IMG/VR virus record: IMGVR_UViG_3300032240_001991
Location: 124,001-188,000 of that record
Length of the DNA: 64,000 nucleotides
Direction: 5' to 3' (one strand)
Made by a program: the position numbers and the translations under genes. Below, one piece after another: positions 47,931-57,151 of this stretch. Each line of letters opens with the position of its first letter. The first letter of the stretch is position 1. The notes beneath the pieces were generated by a model. It had not been told where the DNA came from. It ran no database searches and worked only from the letters and a program-made list of their open reading frames with translations.

Positions 47931-48671
47931 ATGAAAACTGCAATGCTACTTTCTGGAATGCCAAGATTTAGTGTAGAATTTGATTCTACACTAGAGTATC
48001 TCGTAAACAGCGATATTGATGTTTATATTGCATTTTGGAAAGAGAACTCTATTAAAGATCCAAAAGTTTCTCCTAATTGGCAGGAAGTAGAAACTGAACA
48101 AGACGTCCGTGATCTAATGGAACCTTATCTGCCAGAAAGATATAAAATTAAGCACGTTGAATTGGTAGATCCTTTTGATTTTTGGGCTACCCCTCAAGAC
48201 TACACTCCAATGAATAGTAGTCCCTTTAATACATGGCAGCAATATAATATTTTAAAAATCTGCGATCAACGTCGTAAAGAAAGTGGTATTATATATGACC
48301 TAGTGATACGAGGTCGGCCCGATGTAGGTATTGACCATTATCTTGATTTATCTTTGATTTTAGATATTTTAAAAAAGAACCCAACAACAATTATTACTCC
48401 GGATAATTATAGATGCGGATATCCTCCAGAGGGATTTTGTGATCAGTTTGCTATTGGATTGCCTCTCACTATGACTACGTATTGCGAAGCTGTATACTAT
48501 TACGATGAATTGTATAATCAAGGAATTTTTTATAATCCTGAATGTTTATTACAATCAGTACTTGATAGGCATGGAATTATATATCCTAAAGCTAGCTTTG
48601 AAGTTAAAAGAGGCGGATACTGGCAACCTATAGAACACGGAAGATGGGCTGAATTAAAAATAAAAAGGTAA
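47931..48671 (+). CDS. putative glycosyltransferase-like protein, SGxPR family
   Basis: MKTAMLLSGMPRF...YDLVIRGRPD...DQFAIG...PE. Confidence 0.6.
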   Translation: MKTAMLLSGMPRFSVEFDSTLEYLVNSDIDVYIAFWKENSIKDPKVSPNWQEVETEQDVRDLMEPYLPERYKIKHVELVDPFDFWATPQDYTPMNSSPFNTWQQYNILKICDQRRKESGIIYDLVIRGRPDVGIDHYLDLSLILDILKKNPTTIITPDNYRCGYPPEGFCDQFAIGLPLTMTTYCEAVYYYDELYNQGIFYNPECLLQSVLDRHGIIYPKASFEVKRGGYWQPIEHGRWAELKIKR

Positions 48672-48680
48672 AAATAAAAA

Positions 48681-49493
48681 ATGAAAACTGCAATGATACT
48701 TTCGGGATTTCCTCGATTTAATGAATACTTTGATCTTAATTTTCAAAGTTTGCTAAACAGCGACTTTGAGTGGTACATAGTTTTATGGAAGGGCGACTAT
48801 TCTAATGACGTTAAAATTCCAGCTAACTGGTCAGCTGTTAGAGATGAGCAAGATGCCCGAGATCTTTTAGAACCAAATTTTCCTGCTAACCATAAAATAA
48901 AACATTTAGAATTAGTAGATATAGAAACTTGCCCTCCTATGCCAAGAGAAAAGTATGAAAATGTCTGCTACCATCCTATATCTGCGGTATGGGGACAACA
49001 TGTGTTATTAAAAAAATGTGGTGAAGCTTTAGAAAGATCTGATACAGAATACGATCTAGTTATAAGAACAAGAAGCGATATTGGCATCGATAAAACTTTA
49101 AATCTAGAGATGGTAGTAAAATATTTAAAAGATTACTCAAATGTGTTATTGACCCCCGACACTCATAGATACGGCCATTGGTGGAATCCAGATGCTCCGT
49201 TTCCTTTCTGTGATCAATTTGCGATGGGACTTTACAACGTTATGTTAAAATATTGTAAACAGGTAGACCTTTACGAAAGTTTATACGACAAAGGAGTTCC
49301 GTATGGCCCAGAAATGATGGCGGCGTCGGCTATGCGAGAATATGGATTTGCATGGCCGTATACCGGATTTAATTTAATGAGAAATCACGAATGGTGGGAC
49401 GACGGACTTCGTGTTGACGATGCCAGGTACGCTCCTTTTGGTAAATGGGCTGAAACAACAGTTAAAAGATTAGTTGACAACGAAGATAAATAA
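48681..49493 (+). CDS. putative glycosyltransferase-like protein, SGxPR family
   Basis: tandem paralogue: SGFPRF, YDLVIRTRSD, DQFAMG. Confidence 0.6.
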   Translation: MKTAMILSGFPRFNEYFDLNFQSLLNSDFEWYIVLWKGDYSNDVKIPANWSAVRDEQDARDLLEPNFPANHKIKHLELVDIETCPPMPREKYENVCYHPISAVWGQHVLLKKCGEALERSDTEYDLVIRTRSDIGIDKTLNLEMVVKYLKDYSNVLLTPDTHRYGHWWNPDAPFPFCDQFAMGLYNVMLKYCKQVDLYESLYDKGVPYGPEMMAASAMREYGFAWPYTGFNLMRNHEWWDDGLRVDDARYAPFGKWAETTVKRLVDNEDK

Positions 49494-49502
49494 ACATATA
49501 AT
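49474..49502 (+). promoter_or_regulatory. perfect consensus sigma70 promoter for the tRNA region
   Basis: TTGACA-17-TATAAT. Confidence 0.85.
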
Positions 49503-49534
49503 ACAACCATACTTAAGGAGTATTAGATTACATC

Positions 49535-49666
49535 ATGTCTAAGTCGTATAAACAACATTATTGCACACCAGCCAAGATGGGCATGCCCACCTTTTGGTTT
49601 GCAATTAATAGTCTGTCGTATGATCGCGGACAGGAACCTAAGGGGTCTACTAAGCGGGAAAGTTAA
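49535..49666 (+). CDS. putative attenuator leader peptide (43 aa, not in the ORF track)
   Basis: MSKSYKQHYCTPAKMGMPTFWFAINSLSYDRGQEPKGSTKRES*; AAGGAG 14 nt upstream; lies between promoter and terminator. Confidence 0.6.
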   Translation: MSKSYKQHYCTPAKMGMPTFWFAINSLSYDRGQEPKGSTKRES

Positions 49667-49693
49667 TTAACATAACATACCCAAAAAGCTTTT

Positions 49694-49732
49694 AAGACCC
49701 TAGGATTAAAAACCCTGGGGTTTTTTGTTTTT
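49694..49732 (+). terminator. attenuator-type intrinsic terminator
   Basis: AAGACCCTAGG/CCTGGGGTTTT stem plus T-rich tail; 5' arm also complementary to 49637-49648. Confidence 0.75.
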
Positions 49733-49734
49733 AA

Positions 49735-49846
49735 CAGTGTGAAAATGAGGTAACGAGGACCTCGCGGTGCACTATAAACATGCCGCAAACGGGCGGAACC
49801 GGGGAATAAAATCTGTGGTGAAAACACAGAGAGTCAGAACCGACAG
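49735..49846 (+). ncRNA. unidentified structured RNA
   Basis: GC-rich non-coding segment with hairpins GAGGT/ACCTC, GCGGTG/TGCCGC, TCTGTG/CACAGA. Confidence 0.4.
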
Positions 49847-49874
49847 TTAATAAATATAGGAACAGGAAATTAAA

Positions 49875-50189
49875 ATGCCAGCAACATACACTTGGTCTGT
49901 AATAAAAATAGAAGCAAACCGTGATTACAACGGATATGAAAATGTAGTAAGAAGTGTTAACTGGATGTTAATAGCAGACTTAGACGGAAATAAAAAACCC
50001 CTTGCAGGACAAACAATATTAAGTGATCCGTCAGATCCTTTTATTGAATTTTCGTTATTAACCGAGCAAGATGTGTTAAATTGGGTATTTCAGACAATAG
50101 GGCCAGATAAAAAAAATAAATTAGAAACAATGTTGTCTGAATCTATAGTAGCTTCTCCTACGATAAATCTTCCTCTTCCTTGGATTTAA
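49875..50189 (+). CDS. conserved phage hypothetical protein
   Basis: TYTWSV...FIEFSLLTEQDVLNWV...LPW, a pattern often seen near tail-fibre genes. Confidence 0.7.
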   Translation: MPATYTWSVIKIEANRDYNGYENVVRSVNWMLIADLDGNKKPLAGQTILSDPSDPFIEFSLLTEQDVLNWVFQTIGPDKKNKLETMLSESIVASPTINLPLPWI

Positions 50190-50194
50190 TTTTT

Positions 50195-50278
50195 GGGTAG
50201 CGAGTAGCATTGGCGACTACAGCTGATTGTAAATCAGCCGCTTTGGCATACGGGGTTCGACTCCCTGGCTACCCACCA
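50195..50278 (+). tRNA. tRNA-Tyr(GTA)
   Basis: GGGTAGC/GCTACCC acceptor, GCTGA-TTGTAAA-TCAGC, long variable arm, TTCGA, CCA. Confidence 0.9.
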
Positions 50279-50363
50279 GTCACGTGAACTGTGATGTGTA
50301 ACACAGTATAATCAAACACGGCAGGATTGGCAATGACCTGCTAAAATAAGCATGCTAGATGGT

Positions 50364-50438
50364 AGACATATGGTGTAACGGTAGCACGCACCCAATTTTT
50401 GGGCGCGCCGAGGTGAAGGTTCAACTCCTTCTATGTCG
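50364..50438 (+). ncRNA. tRNA-like element or degenerate tRNA
   Basis: GACATA/TATGTC acceptor, D-arm GTGT..GCAC, T-arm GAAGG-TTCAACT-CCTTC, abnormal anticodon arm, no CCA. Confidence 0.6.
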
Positions 50439-50473
50439 TGCGGATAACCATCAAATAAAAAACCGCACTTTTT
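50438..50473 (+). terminator. putative terminator
   Basis: GTGCGG/CCGCAC stem with a large loop then TTTTT. Confidence 0.5.
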
Positions 50474-50493
50474 AAAAAATAAATATAGAAATT

Positions 50494-51600
50494 ATGATAC
50501 TATTATCTAACGTTAAAATTACTAATATTCCACTTTATCCTTCTCCTAATAGACATTTACTTCGAGGTAAACTTTTTACTAATCCAGACAGAATGGATAT
50601 TTGGAAATATACGTTAGCAAGTTACGTTCCTTTAATGCCCCTCATAAGCAAAGTTATACTTTATATTGATCTAGCCACAACTGAATATGCAGGTCAGGAG
50701 CCCTTATTAGAGACTTATATAAGATCATTATTTCCAGAAGATAAATTGATTCTTCGCTGGTATAGAAACAACAGTACCGCAGATTGGCGTAGATCGTGTG
50801 AAGAAGATGTTTTTCCAATAGACGATGACTTAATCTTCAATCTAACAAACGATGATCATGTTTTTATTGATAAAAATTTAGATATCTTAAATGCGACTAT
50901 AAACCATTTGACTAGGTGTGAAGATCCTTATGCGCAAATTATCTATAGCCATTGGCCAGAAGTTATACGACACGCAGCTAATAACGGATTTCAAATTTCA
51001 GAAGATTTAACATGTGTTTATGGCAGGTTTCGTTCTATTGAAAGTTTTGATATAGTTAAAAAAGAAAGATGGCGACACTACTGGTTTGACCATGACTTTG
51101 GAGAGGCTAATAATGTTTTTCGACCAGATGAACATTTATGTGTTGCCGGAACTTTGCCACATGGTTCAACAGTTTTTTTTCCAATACGTGAATTGTCTAG
51201 GCACTTTGACGGATACGAATATGCTGGTGCTTTTATGAATTTAGCACCTCCATTAGATATTCCTCAAGGTTTCTTTGAAAAAAATATCAAAATAGCATAC
51301 GGCTATTCTGATCTTAAAGAAGGTTATACCAATATAAATCCATCATATCCTTACTTTAAAGCATCTACTGGAATTGGAATGGATTATAGATTTTCTTTAG
51401 AAGATATTCCTGCTGCATGGTTTGATAGAATTAGCGAAATAAGTATAAACCCTAACGCCGACTTAGAATATTTAAAAAAGTGTCGTGATCAACTTTATTA
51501 CGATATGGCGTGCGCCGATGCGCGAGGTCCGCATGTACAAGCAGTGACACATCCTTTCCCAAAAGAAATATTTAAAAATCAATTTTTATCAAAACAATAG
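50494..51600 (+). CDS. hypothetical protein (possible GT-A fold)
   Basis: 368 aa ORF, NDDH motif, TAAATA box upstream. Confidence 0.7.
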   Translation: MILLSNVKITNIPLYPSPNRHLLRGKLFTNPDRMDIWKYTLASYVPLMPLISKVILYIDLATTEYAGQEPLLETYIRSLFPEDKLILRWYRNNSTADWRRSCEEDVFPIDDDLIFNLTNDDHVFIDKNLDILNATINHLTRCEDPYAQIIYSHWPEVIRHAANNGFQISEDLTCVYGRFRSIESFDIVKKERWRHYWFDHDFGEANNVFRPDEHLCVAGTLPHGSTVFFPIRELSRHFDGYEYAGAFMNLAPPLDIPQGFFEKNIKIAYGYSDLKEGYTNINPSYPYFKASTGIGMDYRFSLEDIPAAWFDRISEISINPNADLEYLKKCRDQLYYDMACADARGPHVQAVTHPFPKEIFKNQFLSKQ

Positions 51601-51605
51601 TTTAT

Positions 51606-51681
<76 letters not shown>

Positions 51682-51685
51682 ATTT

Positions 51686-51759
51686 GCCCAATTAGCTCAA
51701 AAGTAGAGCGCACGACTGATAATCGTAAGACGGAGGAGCGTTACCTCCATTGGGCACCA
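51686..51759 (+). tRNA. tRNA-Ile(GAT)
   Basis: ACGA-CTGATAA-TCGT, atypical T-loop AGCGTTA, CCA. Confidence 0.85.
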
Positions 51760-51765
51760 ATTTAT

Positions 51766-51840
51766 GGGTCTGTAACTCAGAGGCAGAGTAGCCGCCTCTT
51801 AAGCGGTAAGTCGAGATTTCAAAATTCTCCAGACCCACCA
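51766..51840 (+). tRNA. tRNA-Lys(CTT)
   Basis: GCCGC-CTCTTAA-GCGGT, CCA. Confidence 0.9.
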
Positions 51841-51843
51841 ATT

Positions 51844-52575
51844 TTACCAATTGCCAAAATTACCAATACCTATGTTGTAGTTAAATTGACTATCTGGTGT
51901 TTGAATGTTGTTTTTTAATAAGTGCCATCCTAGCATACTTTCAGCGGTAATAGGGATTCCTTCTAGAGTATATTGATCAATGTAATCAAACACACTAGCA
52001 TATTTGCTCATTGTATGGCTTTCGCCAATAGCAAAATTATCGTTCACCGGATTTAAAGTTTGTCCTATGGGTACAAATCCTAATCTGCCATTTGACGGCA
52101 TAATTAAAGATTCCATAGACTGTTGCTGTAGCCATTCTTTTGCTCGATCTAAATAAATGTCTCGATCAATGGTACCGTCGGCTCTGCTGCGTATTACTAA
52201 ATCATATGCTCCAAAGATAGATTCGTATTTTTCTCTTATTTGATTTACAGATTTAATTCCATTATACATGGTCCAAACATTCTTTGGATTAGCAATGTCC
52301 ATTACATGATAGCATTTGTTACTATCAAACACTGGCATATTGACTATATCTAGGCTAGCTATAAAATGATTGTTTGGTAAACAGGATACTAACATTTGAT
52401 ATAGAGTTGATCGATCATTATTCCATTTTGGAGAAATTCTATTGTCGTGCTGGTGACTAGAACTCCATAAATAGAAGAACCAATCTACCTGATTATAATT
52501 TTTTAAATGACCTATTAAAGAATTAAAATTTTCTGTAAATCGAGGAAGTCCAGAAACTATGATTGCAACTTTCAT
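51844..52575 (-). CDS. putative glycosyltransferase-like protein, SGxPR family
   Basis: MKVAIIVSGLPRF, YDLVIRSRAD, NDNFAIG. Confidence 0.6.
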   Translation of the reverse strand: MKVAIIVSGLPRFTENFNSLIGHLKNYNQVDWFFYLWSSSHQHDNRISPKWNNDRSTLYQMLVSCLPNNHFIASLDIVNMPVFDSNKCYHVMDIANPKNVWTMYNGIKSVNQIREKYESIFGAYDLVIRSRADGTIDRDIYLDRAKEWLQQQSMESLIMPSNGRLGFVPIGQTLNPVNDNFAIGESHTMSKYASVFDYIDQYTLEGIPITAESMLGWHLLKNNIQTPDSQFNYNIGIGNFGNW

Positions 52576-53107
52576 GAATCTATTTAATGGCTATACAAAT
52601 AGTGTTGTAAAAAAATTCCAAGATAAGTTTGTTCAACCTATGGACTTACATTTTGATCCCAGTTTATTATTAGCAGAATATCTTAGAAGTAGACACATAG
52701 ATAATGTACCAGACTATTACGATACTTGGGAAGCGTATAATCAAGGATTCCATAATCATCATATCGAGTATAATGCTCCTTACCTACAAGTAGTTTGCAA
52801 ATTATTACAGCCTAAATTGAAATTTAATTATGTTTTATACAGAACTATTCCTCCCCGTACAACCCTATCATGGCACACAGACCAAGATTGTGCCACATGG
52901 TCGTATCATATTCCTCTTATGACCAATTCAGGGTGTTACTTTGCTACCGAAGTAAGCAATTACTCTTTAAGAAATTGTGGACAAATGTATAAAGTAAACA
53001 CACAAATTTTACATACGTTTTTTAATGCTGGGAATGAACCCAGAGTTCACTTGCATTTTATCTATGATTTACAAGGTAGATACACTAGCGGGAAATTTCG
53101 TAGATAA
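52559..53107 (+). CDS. 2OG-Fe(II)/aspartyl-asparaginyl beta-hydroxylase-like protein
   Basis: WHTD, HIPLMTN, HTFFNAG..PRVHL; start codon uncertain. Confidence 0.7.
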   Translation: MIATFMNLFNGYTNSVVKKFQDKFVQPMDLHFDPSLLLAEYLRSRHIDNVPDYYDTWEAYNQGFHNHHIEYNAPYLQVVCKLLQPKLKFNYVLYRTIPPRTTLSWHTDQDCATWSYHIPLMTNSGCYFATEVSNYSLRNCGQMYKVNTQILHTFFNAGNEPRVHLHFIYDLQGRYTSGKFRR

Positions 53108-53110
53108 TTT

Positions 53111-53184
53111 GCTCTCATAGTATAAAGGTATTACACCGCTTTGGTAAAGCGGAAACACAGGATCGATACCTGTTGAGAGCACCA
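53111..53184 (+). tRNA. tRNA-Thr(GGT)
   Basis: CCGCT-TTGGTAA-AGCGG, T-loop ATCGATA, CCA. Confidence 0.88.
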
Positions 53185-53193
53185 AACATCAAT

Positions 53194-53269
53194 GGTGACA
53201 GTAGATCAATGGTAGATCCCCGGATTGTGATTCCGGTCGTTGTGGGTTCAAATCCCATCTGTCACCCCA
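53194..53269 (+). tRNA. tRNA-His(GTG)
   Basis: encoded G-1, CCGGA-TTGTGAT-TCCGG, CCA. Confidence 0.92.
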
Positions 53270-53277
53270 AAAATAAA

Positions 53278-53353
53278 GCCCTTGTAGTGAAATGGATTAT
53301 CACGCTACTCTACGAAAGTTGTATTCTAGGTTCAAATCCTAGCAAGGGCGCCA
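53278..53353 (+). tRNA. tRNA-Arg(ACG)
   Basis: loop CTACGAA, TTCAAAT T-loop, GCCA end. Confidence 0.88.
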
Positions 53354-53359
53354 AATAAC

Positions 53360-53388
53360 TTGACATAGTAATTTATTGGTGCTATATT
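53360..53388 (+). promoter_or_regulatory. sigma70-type promoter for tRNA-Ser
   Basis: TTGACA-17-TATATT. Confidence 0.65.
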
Positions 53389-53412
53389 CATTTGTATAAT
53401 TATAAGATTAAC

Positions 53413-53502
53413 GGAAGCGTGGTCGAGAGGTTTATGGCTCTAGTCTTGAAAACTAGCGAAGGTTAATGCCTTCCGTAGGTTCAAATCCTACCGCTTCCGC
53501 CA
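53413..53502 (+). tRNA. tRNA-Ser(TGA)
   Basis: CTAGT-CTTGAAA-ACTAG, long variable arm, GCCA. Confidence 0.93.
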
Positions 53503-53548
53503 TAATTTTATTTTATCTTAAAAATAAAAGGTATTAAATACTCTTATT

Positions 53549-53914
53549 ATGAACCTGTTAATACTACTGTTTATGTTACAACTCAAGCATTATTATGCTG
53601 ATTTTGTAATACAAACTTACGAACAAACTATCAAAAAAGGTATCTACGGAAACAAATGTGGTATTAGCCATAGCTTTGATCACATTTGGTATTCCTGGGT
53701 TGTGTTGTTGATCTATAGTCTATTTTTTCACGTTAGTTACTGGATTGTTTTAATACTTCCTTTAATTGAAGGAATTATACATTACCACATTGATTACTGT
53801 AAAGTACACTATGGAACAAAGGATATGAAGAATCCGTTGTTCTGGAATCAATTTGGGCTGGATCAATTAGGCCATCAATTAACCTACATAGGTATGGTTT
53901 GGTATCTATTATAA
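53549..53914 (+). CDS. DUF3307-like membrane protein
   Basis: KHYYADF, HYHIDYCK, FW..FGLDQ..H. Confidence 0.8.
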   Translation: MNLLILLFMLQLKHYYADFVIQTYEQTIKKGIYGNKCGISHSFDHIWYSWVVLLIYSLFFHVSYWIVLILPLIEGIIHYHIDYCKVHYGTKDMKNPLFWNQFGLDQLGHQLTYIGMVWYLL

Positions 53915-53976
53915 CCCAAGAGATCTTGCTATAAAATATCATTAAATATTGGTGATACGGGGAGAGTATCACTGAT

Positions 53977-54456
53977 ATGAAAAAGGTATTAACTTTACTT
54001 CTAGTCTCATTGCCACTTAGTGCAATGTCCGCAGAACTTATATACGAGTTCAAAGATCCTGCCTTTAACGGTATAGGATGGAGCAGCCACGCTCTAACGA
54101 TTGAGAGTATTGAAAAAAGTCGCCGTGATTCTATCAAGGCAGAAAAACAGGCAGAGATAGATAAGCTAGCAGCAGAAGCAGCTAATACTCCGTTAAACAG
54201 ATTTATGGCTTTATTTCAAAGTCAAGTTTACGCACAATTAGCTACACAACTATCAAACAATTTATTTAAAAATAACTGTAACGCTAGTGATGGAACTGCT
54301 ATTCCAGGTTGTGTAAATCCAGTAACCGGTACGTTTCAACTTGATGGCAACACAGTGACTTGGCTCAAAGGTGTTGATAGTGTTACATTAACTGTAGTTG
54401 ATAGTAACGGTACTATTACTAAGATTGAAGTACCAATTGCTAGTTTTGCCTTTTAA
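53977..54456 (+). CDS. csgF: curli assembly protein CsgF-like
   Basis: signal peptide then ELIYEFKDPAFNG; adjacent to csgG. Confidence 0.75.
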   Translation: MKKVLTLLLVSLPLSAMSAELIYEFKDPAFNGIGWSSHALTIESIEKSRRDSIKAEKQAEIDKLAAEAANTPLNRFMALFQSQVYAQLATQLSNNLFKNNCNASDGTAIPGCVNPVTGTFQLDGNTVTWLKGVDSVTLTVVDSNGTITKIEVPIASFAF

Positions 54457-54459
54457 CTT

Positions 54460-55290
54460 ATGAATATACTACAAAAAATATTAATAGTTATCATGGCTGT
54501 AGGACTAACTGCATGTAATACCTTTAGGCCTTTGCAGAACCCTAACCACGGAAGCCAGGCTCGACCAGTAAGTGTAGCCGCTAAGGCATTTAGTAAGGTA
54601 CCAGCTCCAGCTGGTCCTCCAGTGATAGTAGCCGTATACGGATTTAAAGATTTAACTGGACAAAGAAAAAGCAGTAGCACAGTTAGCAGTTTTAGTACCG
54701 CAGTAACACAAGGTGCTGATGCTTACCTAGTTAAGACCATGATGGATGTTGGAAACAGTCAATGGTTTACTGTAGTTGAGCGTGTAGGTTTAGATAATTT
54801 ATTAAAAGAACGTCAAATGATCAAGCAGACACGCGAAATCTACGAAGGTGATAAAGCGCGTATGCTACCGCCTATGAGCCTCGCTGGTGTAATAGTAGAA
54901 GGTGGAATCGTTGATTATAACAGTAATATCTTAACAGGTGGCACAGGTGCACGTATGTTAGGTATTGGACCTTACACCAAGTACAGCCAAGACGTTGTAG
55001 TAATTAATTTACGATTAGTTAGCGTAAGTAACGGTGAAGTATTACTAAGCGTAACTATCGAAAAGAACTTATTGAGTACTAACGATAGTATCACTGCATT
55101 AAAGTTCTTTAATCAAAGCACAGAAGCTTTTGAATTTGATTCTGGACAGGCTTATAACGAGCCTGCCAATTATGCATTAAGATCTGCAATTGAACAAGGA
55201 GTTGTAGAGCTTATAAAACAAGGTGAGAAAAAAGGTTTGTGGAAATACAAATCAAAAGATAGTCCAATAACAGGAGAGGTTAAGAAATGA
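54460..55290 (+). CDS. csgG: curli secretion channel CsgG-like lipoprotein
   Basis: lipobox LTAC, VAVYGFKDLTGQRK, STAVTQG, WFTVVER.GL.NLLKERQ. Confidence 0.9.
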   Translation: MNILQKILIVIMAVGLTACNTFRPLQNPNHGSQARPVSVAAKAFSKVPAPAGPPVIVAVYGFKDLTGQRKSSSTVSSFSTAVTQGADAYLVKTMMDVGNSQWFTVVERVGLDNLLKERQMIKQTREIYEGDKARMLPPMSLAGVIVEGGIVDYNSNILTGGTGARMLGIGPYTKYSQDVVVINLRLVSVSNGEVLLSVTIEKNLLSTNDSITALKFFNQSTEAFEFDSGQAYNEPANYALRSAIEQGVVELIKQGEKKGLWKYKSKDSPITGEVKK

Positions 55291-56078
55291 GACAGTATAT
55301 CGCAGCAGCACTGATGATTGCTAGCCTGCCAGCGTTAGCAGATGTTACTCCAGTAACTCCGCCTGCAGCACCAACGATTCCCGTAACTGCTACGGTCAGT
55401 CCAAATGCTACAGCAGCTTTAGCTGAAGGTTCAACAAACAGTGTTTTTATTAATCAGTCAGGCGAAAATCCTAATGTTAATATTGAACAGACCGGTGCAG
55501 GTAACAAATTAGGAACTCAGGGTTCCCCAGTACTACTAAATGGTCGTGATCAAGTAGTCATTACTAAACAGGTTGGTAGCAACAACTCAGTTGCGCTATC
55601 TGTAACAAATGACACCACTGGTAACAATGTAGGTGCTACTACCGTAATTCAACAGATTGGAAACATGAACACTGTTGATGCAGCATGTGGCAACGGTACA
55701 ACCAGCGGCGGAGTTGGTCTAACCAACTGCCGTAACGCTAACTTAAACTGGAAATTTACAGGAAATTCAAACAGCCTGCAATTTCGCGGAACAGGTAATA
55801 ATGTTGATAGTGCCATTACAGTAAGTGGTAGCAGTAACAGCTTTGGTATTGATGCAGTTGGAAATAATCACAGCGAAACACTTATGGTTAGCGGTGATCA
55901 AAACTCCTTTAACATCAGTCAGAAGAGCACAGGTGCTGCAGGAAGCAGTGTATTGTTTGATCTAACAGGTACAGCTAACTCTGTAACTGTCAGCCAAGGC
56001 GGCAGTGTTGACAACGTGCTAAATGTTAGAAGCACAGCCAACACCGGCGTATGGAATATCAAACAAGGAAATCAATGA
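55287..56078 (+). CDS. curlin-repeat protein (CsgA/B-like)
   Basis: signal peptide, repeated Q.G..N and G.SN motifs. Confidence 0.75.
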   Translation: MRQYIAAALMIASLPALADVTPVTPPAAPTIPVTATVSPNATAALAEGSTNSVFINQSGENPNVNIEQTGAGNKLGTQGSPVLLNGRDQVVITKQVGSNNSVALSVTNDTTGNNVGATTVIQQIGNMNTVDAACGNGTTSGGVGLTNCRNANLNWKFTGNSNSLQFRGTGNNVDSAITVSGSSNSFGIDAVGNNHSETLMVSGDQNSFNISQKSTGAAGSSVLFDLTGTANSVTVSQGGSVDNVLNVRSTANTGVWNIKQGNQ

Positions 56079-57151
56079 AGTGGATAGCAGCAATTGCTAT
56101 TCTTTTTTCAGTATCGGCTCAAGCAAGTATTGGGTCAATAACTGATCTAAATGGTGCTGCCACGATTAAACGTGGCAGTGCTATTTTTACTGCTGCCAAA
56201 GGTGCAGCAATAGAACAAAATGATCGCGTTGAAACTAAAAACGGTAAAGTAAAAATTACCTTCAACGACGATACTACTGTAAGCGTAGCAGAGCATAGCA
56301 GCTTAATAATAGACGACTTTGTTTATGATCCTAAGTCTGGGGCCGGCAAATTAGGTCTTAAAGCAGCTGGCGGAACTGTTAGATATGTCAGTGGCGCTAT
56401 AGCTCACAAAAATCCAAACGCGGTTAATATTACTACACCAACTGCTGCTATTGCTGTTCGAGGAACAGACTTCGTAATGAGCGTAAATGAGATTGGTAGT
56501 AGTATGGTTATTCTTATGCCTAGCTGCGAGAATGGAGGATTAGGCGAAGTATGCACTAGCGGAGCAATTGATGTTGAAAGTGGTCCTAATACTGTTAGCA
56601 TGAATCGTCCTTATCAGGCAACGCTAGTAGAGTCAACTGGACAACCTCCAACTCCACCTATTACTGTAAATTTATTTGCTACACCTGTAGGAAATAATCT
56701 TCAAATAAGCCCACCAAAAACTGAATCAGGTCAGAACGTAGTTGCTGCCGCAAGAGCTGCTGCACAAGCATCTGGTGTTACAAAAAATAGCAATACTAAA
56801 GATCCTTCCCCCGAACAACAAGCTGTAGCAACTGCTGCTCCTGTAACTCCCACAGCAGAAGTACAAACAAATACCAAGGTGCAAACAACTGCACAACAAG
56901 AGATTGTGGTAACAGCGACTAAATCTAATAAGGATCCCTACCTATTAATAAAATGGGGAGATTCTGCGCAAACACAGCAGATTGGTTGGATATATGAAAG
57001 TATTAGTCCTAGCGGATTACATTACGAAAATGTTGATCTGCCAACTGATACTAATATTACTATCTGGGTTAGCCAAGACGGTGAAGGACACGGATATGCG
57101 TTTAGTCCATCGCCACAGGGAAGAATCAACATTATTCAAAGGTCAAACTAA
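56075..57151 (+). CDS. FecR-domain secreted protein
   Basis: signal peptide, F.DDT, IDDFVYDP, TPTAAIAVRGTDF. Confidence 0.85.
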   Translation: MKWIAAIAILFSVSAQASIGSITDLNGAATIKRGSAIFTAAKGAAIEQNDRVETKNGKVKITFNDDTTVSVAEHSSLIIDDFVYDPKSGAGKLGLKAAGGTVRYVSGAIAHKNPNAVNITTPTAAIAVRGTDFVMSVNEIGSSMVILMPSCENGGLGEVCTSGAIDVESGPNTVSMNRPYQATLVESTGQPPTPPITVNLFATPVGNNLQISPPKTESGQNVVAAARAAAQASGVTKNSNTKDPSPEQQAVATAAPVTPTAEVQTNTKVQTTAQQEIVVTATKSNKDPYLLIKWGDSAQTQQIGWIYESISPSGLHYENVDLPTDTNITIWVSQDGEGHGYAFSPSPQGRINIIQRSN

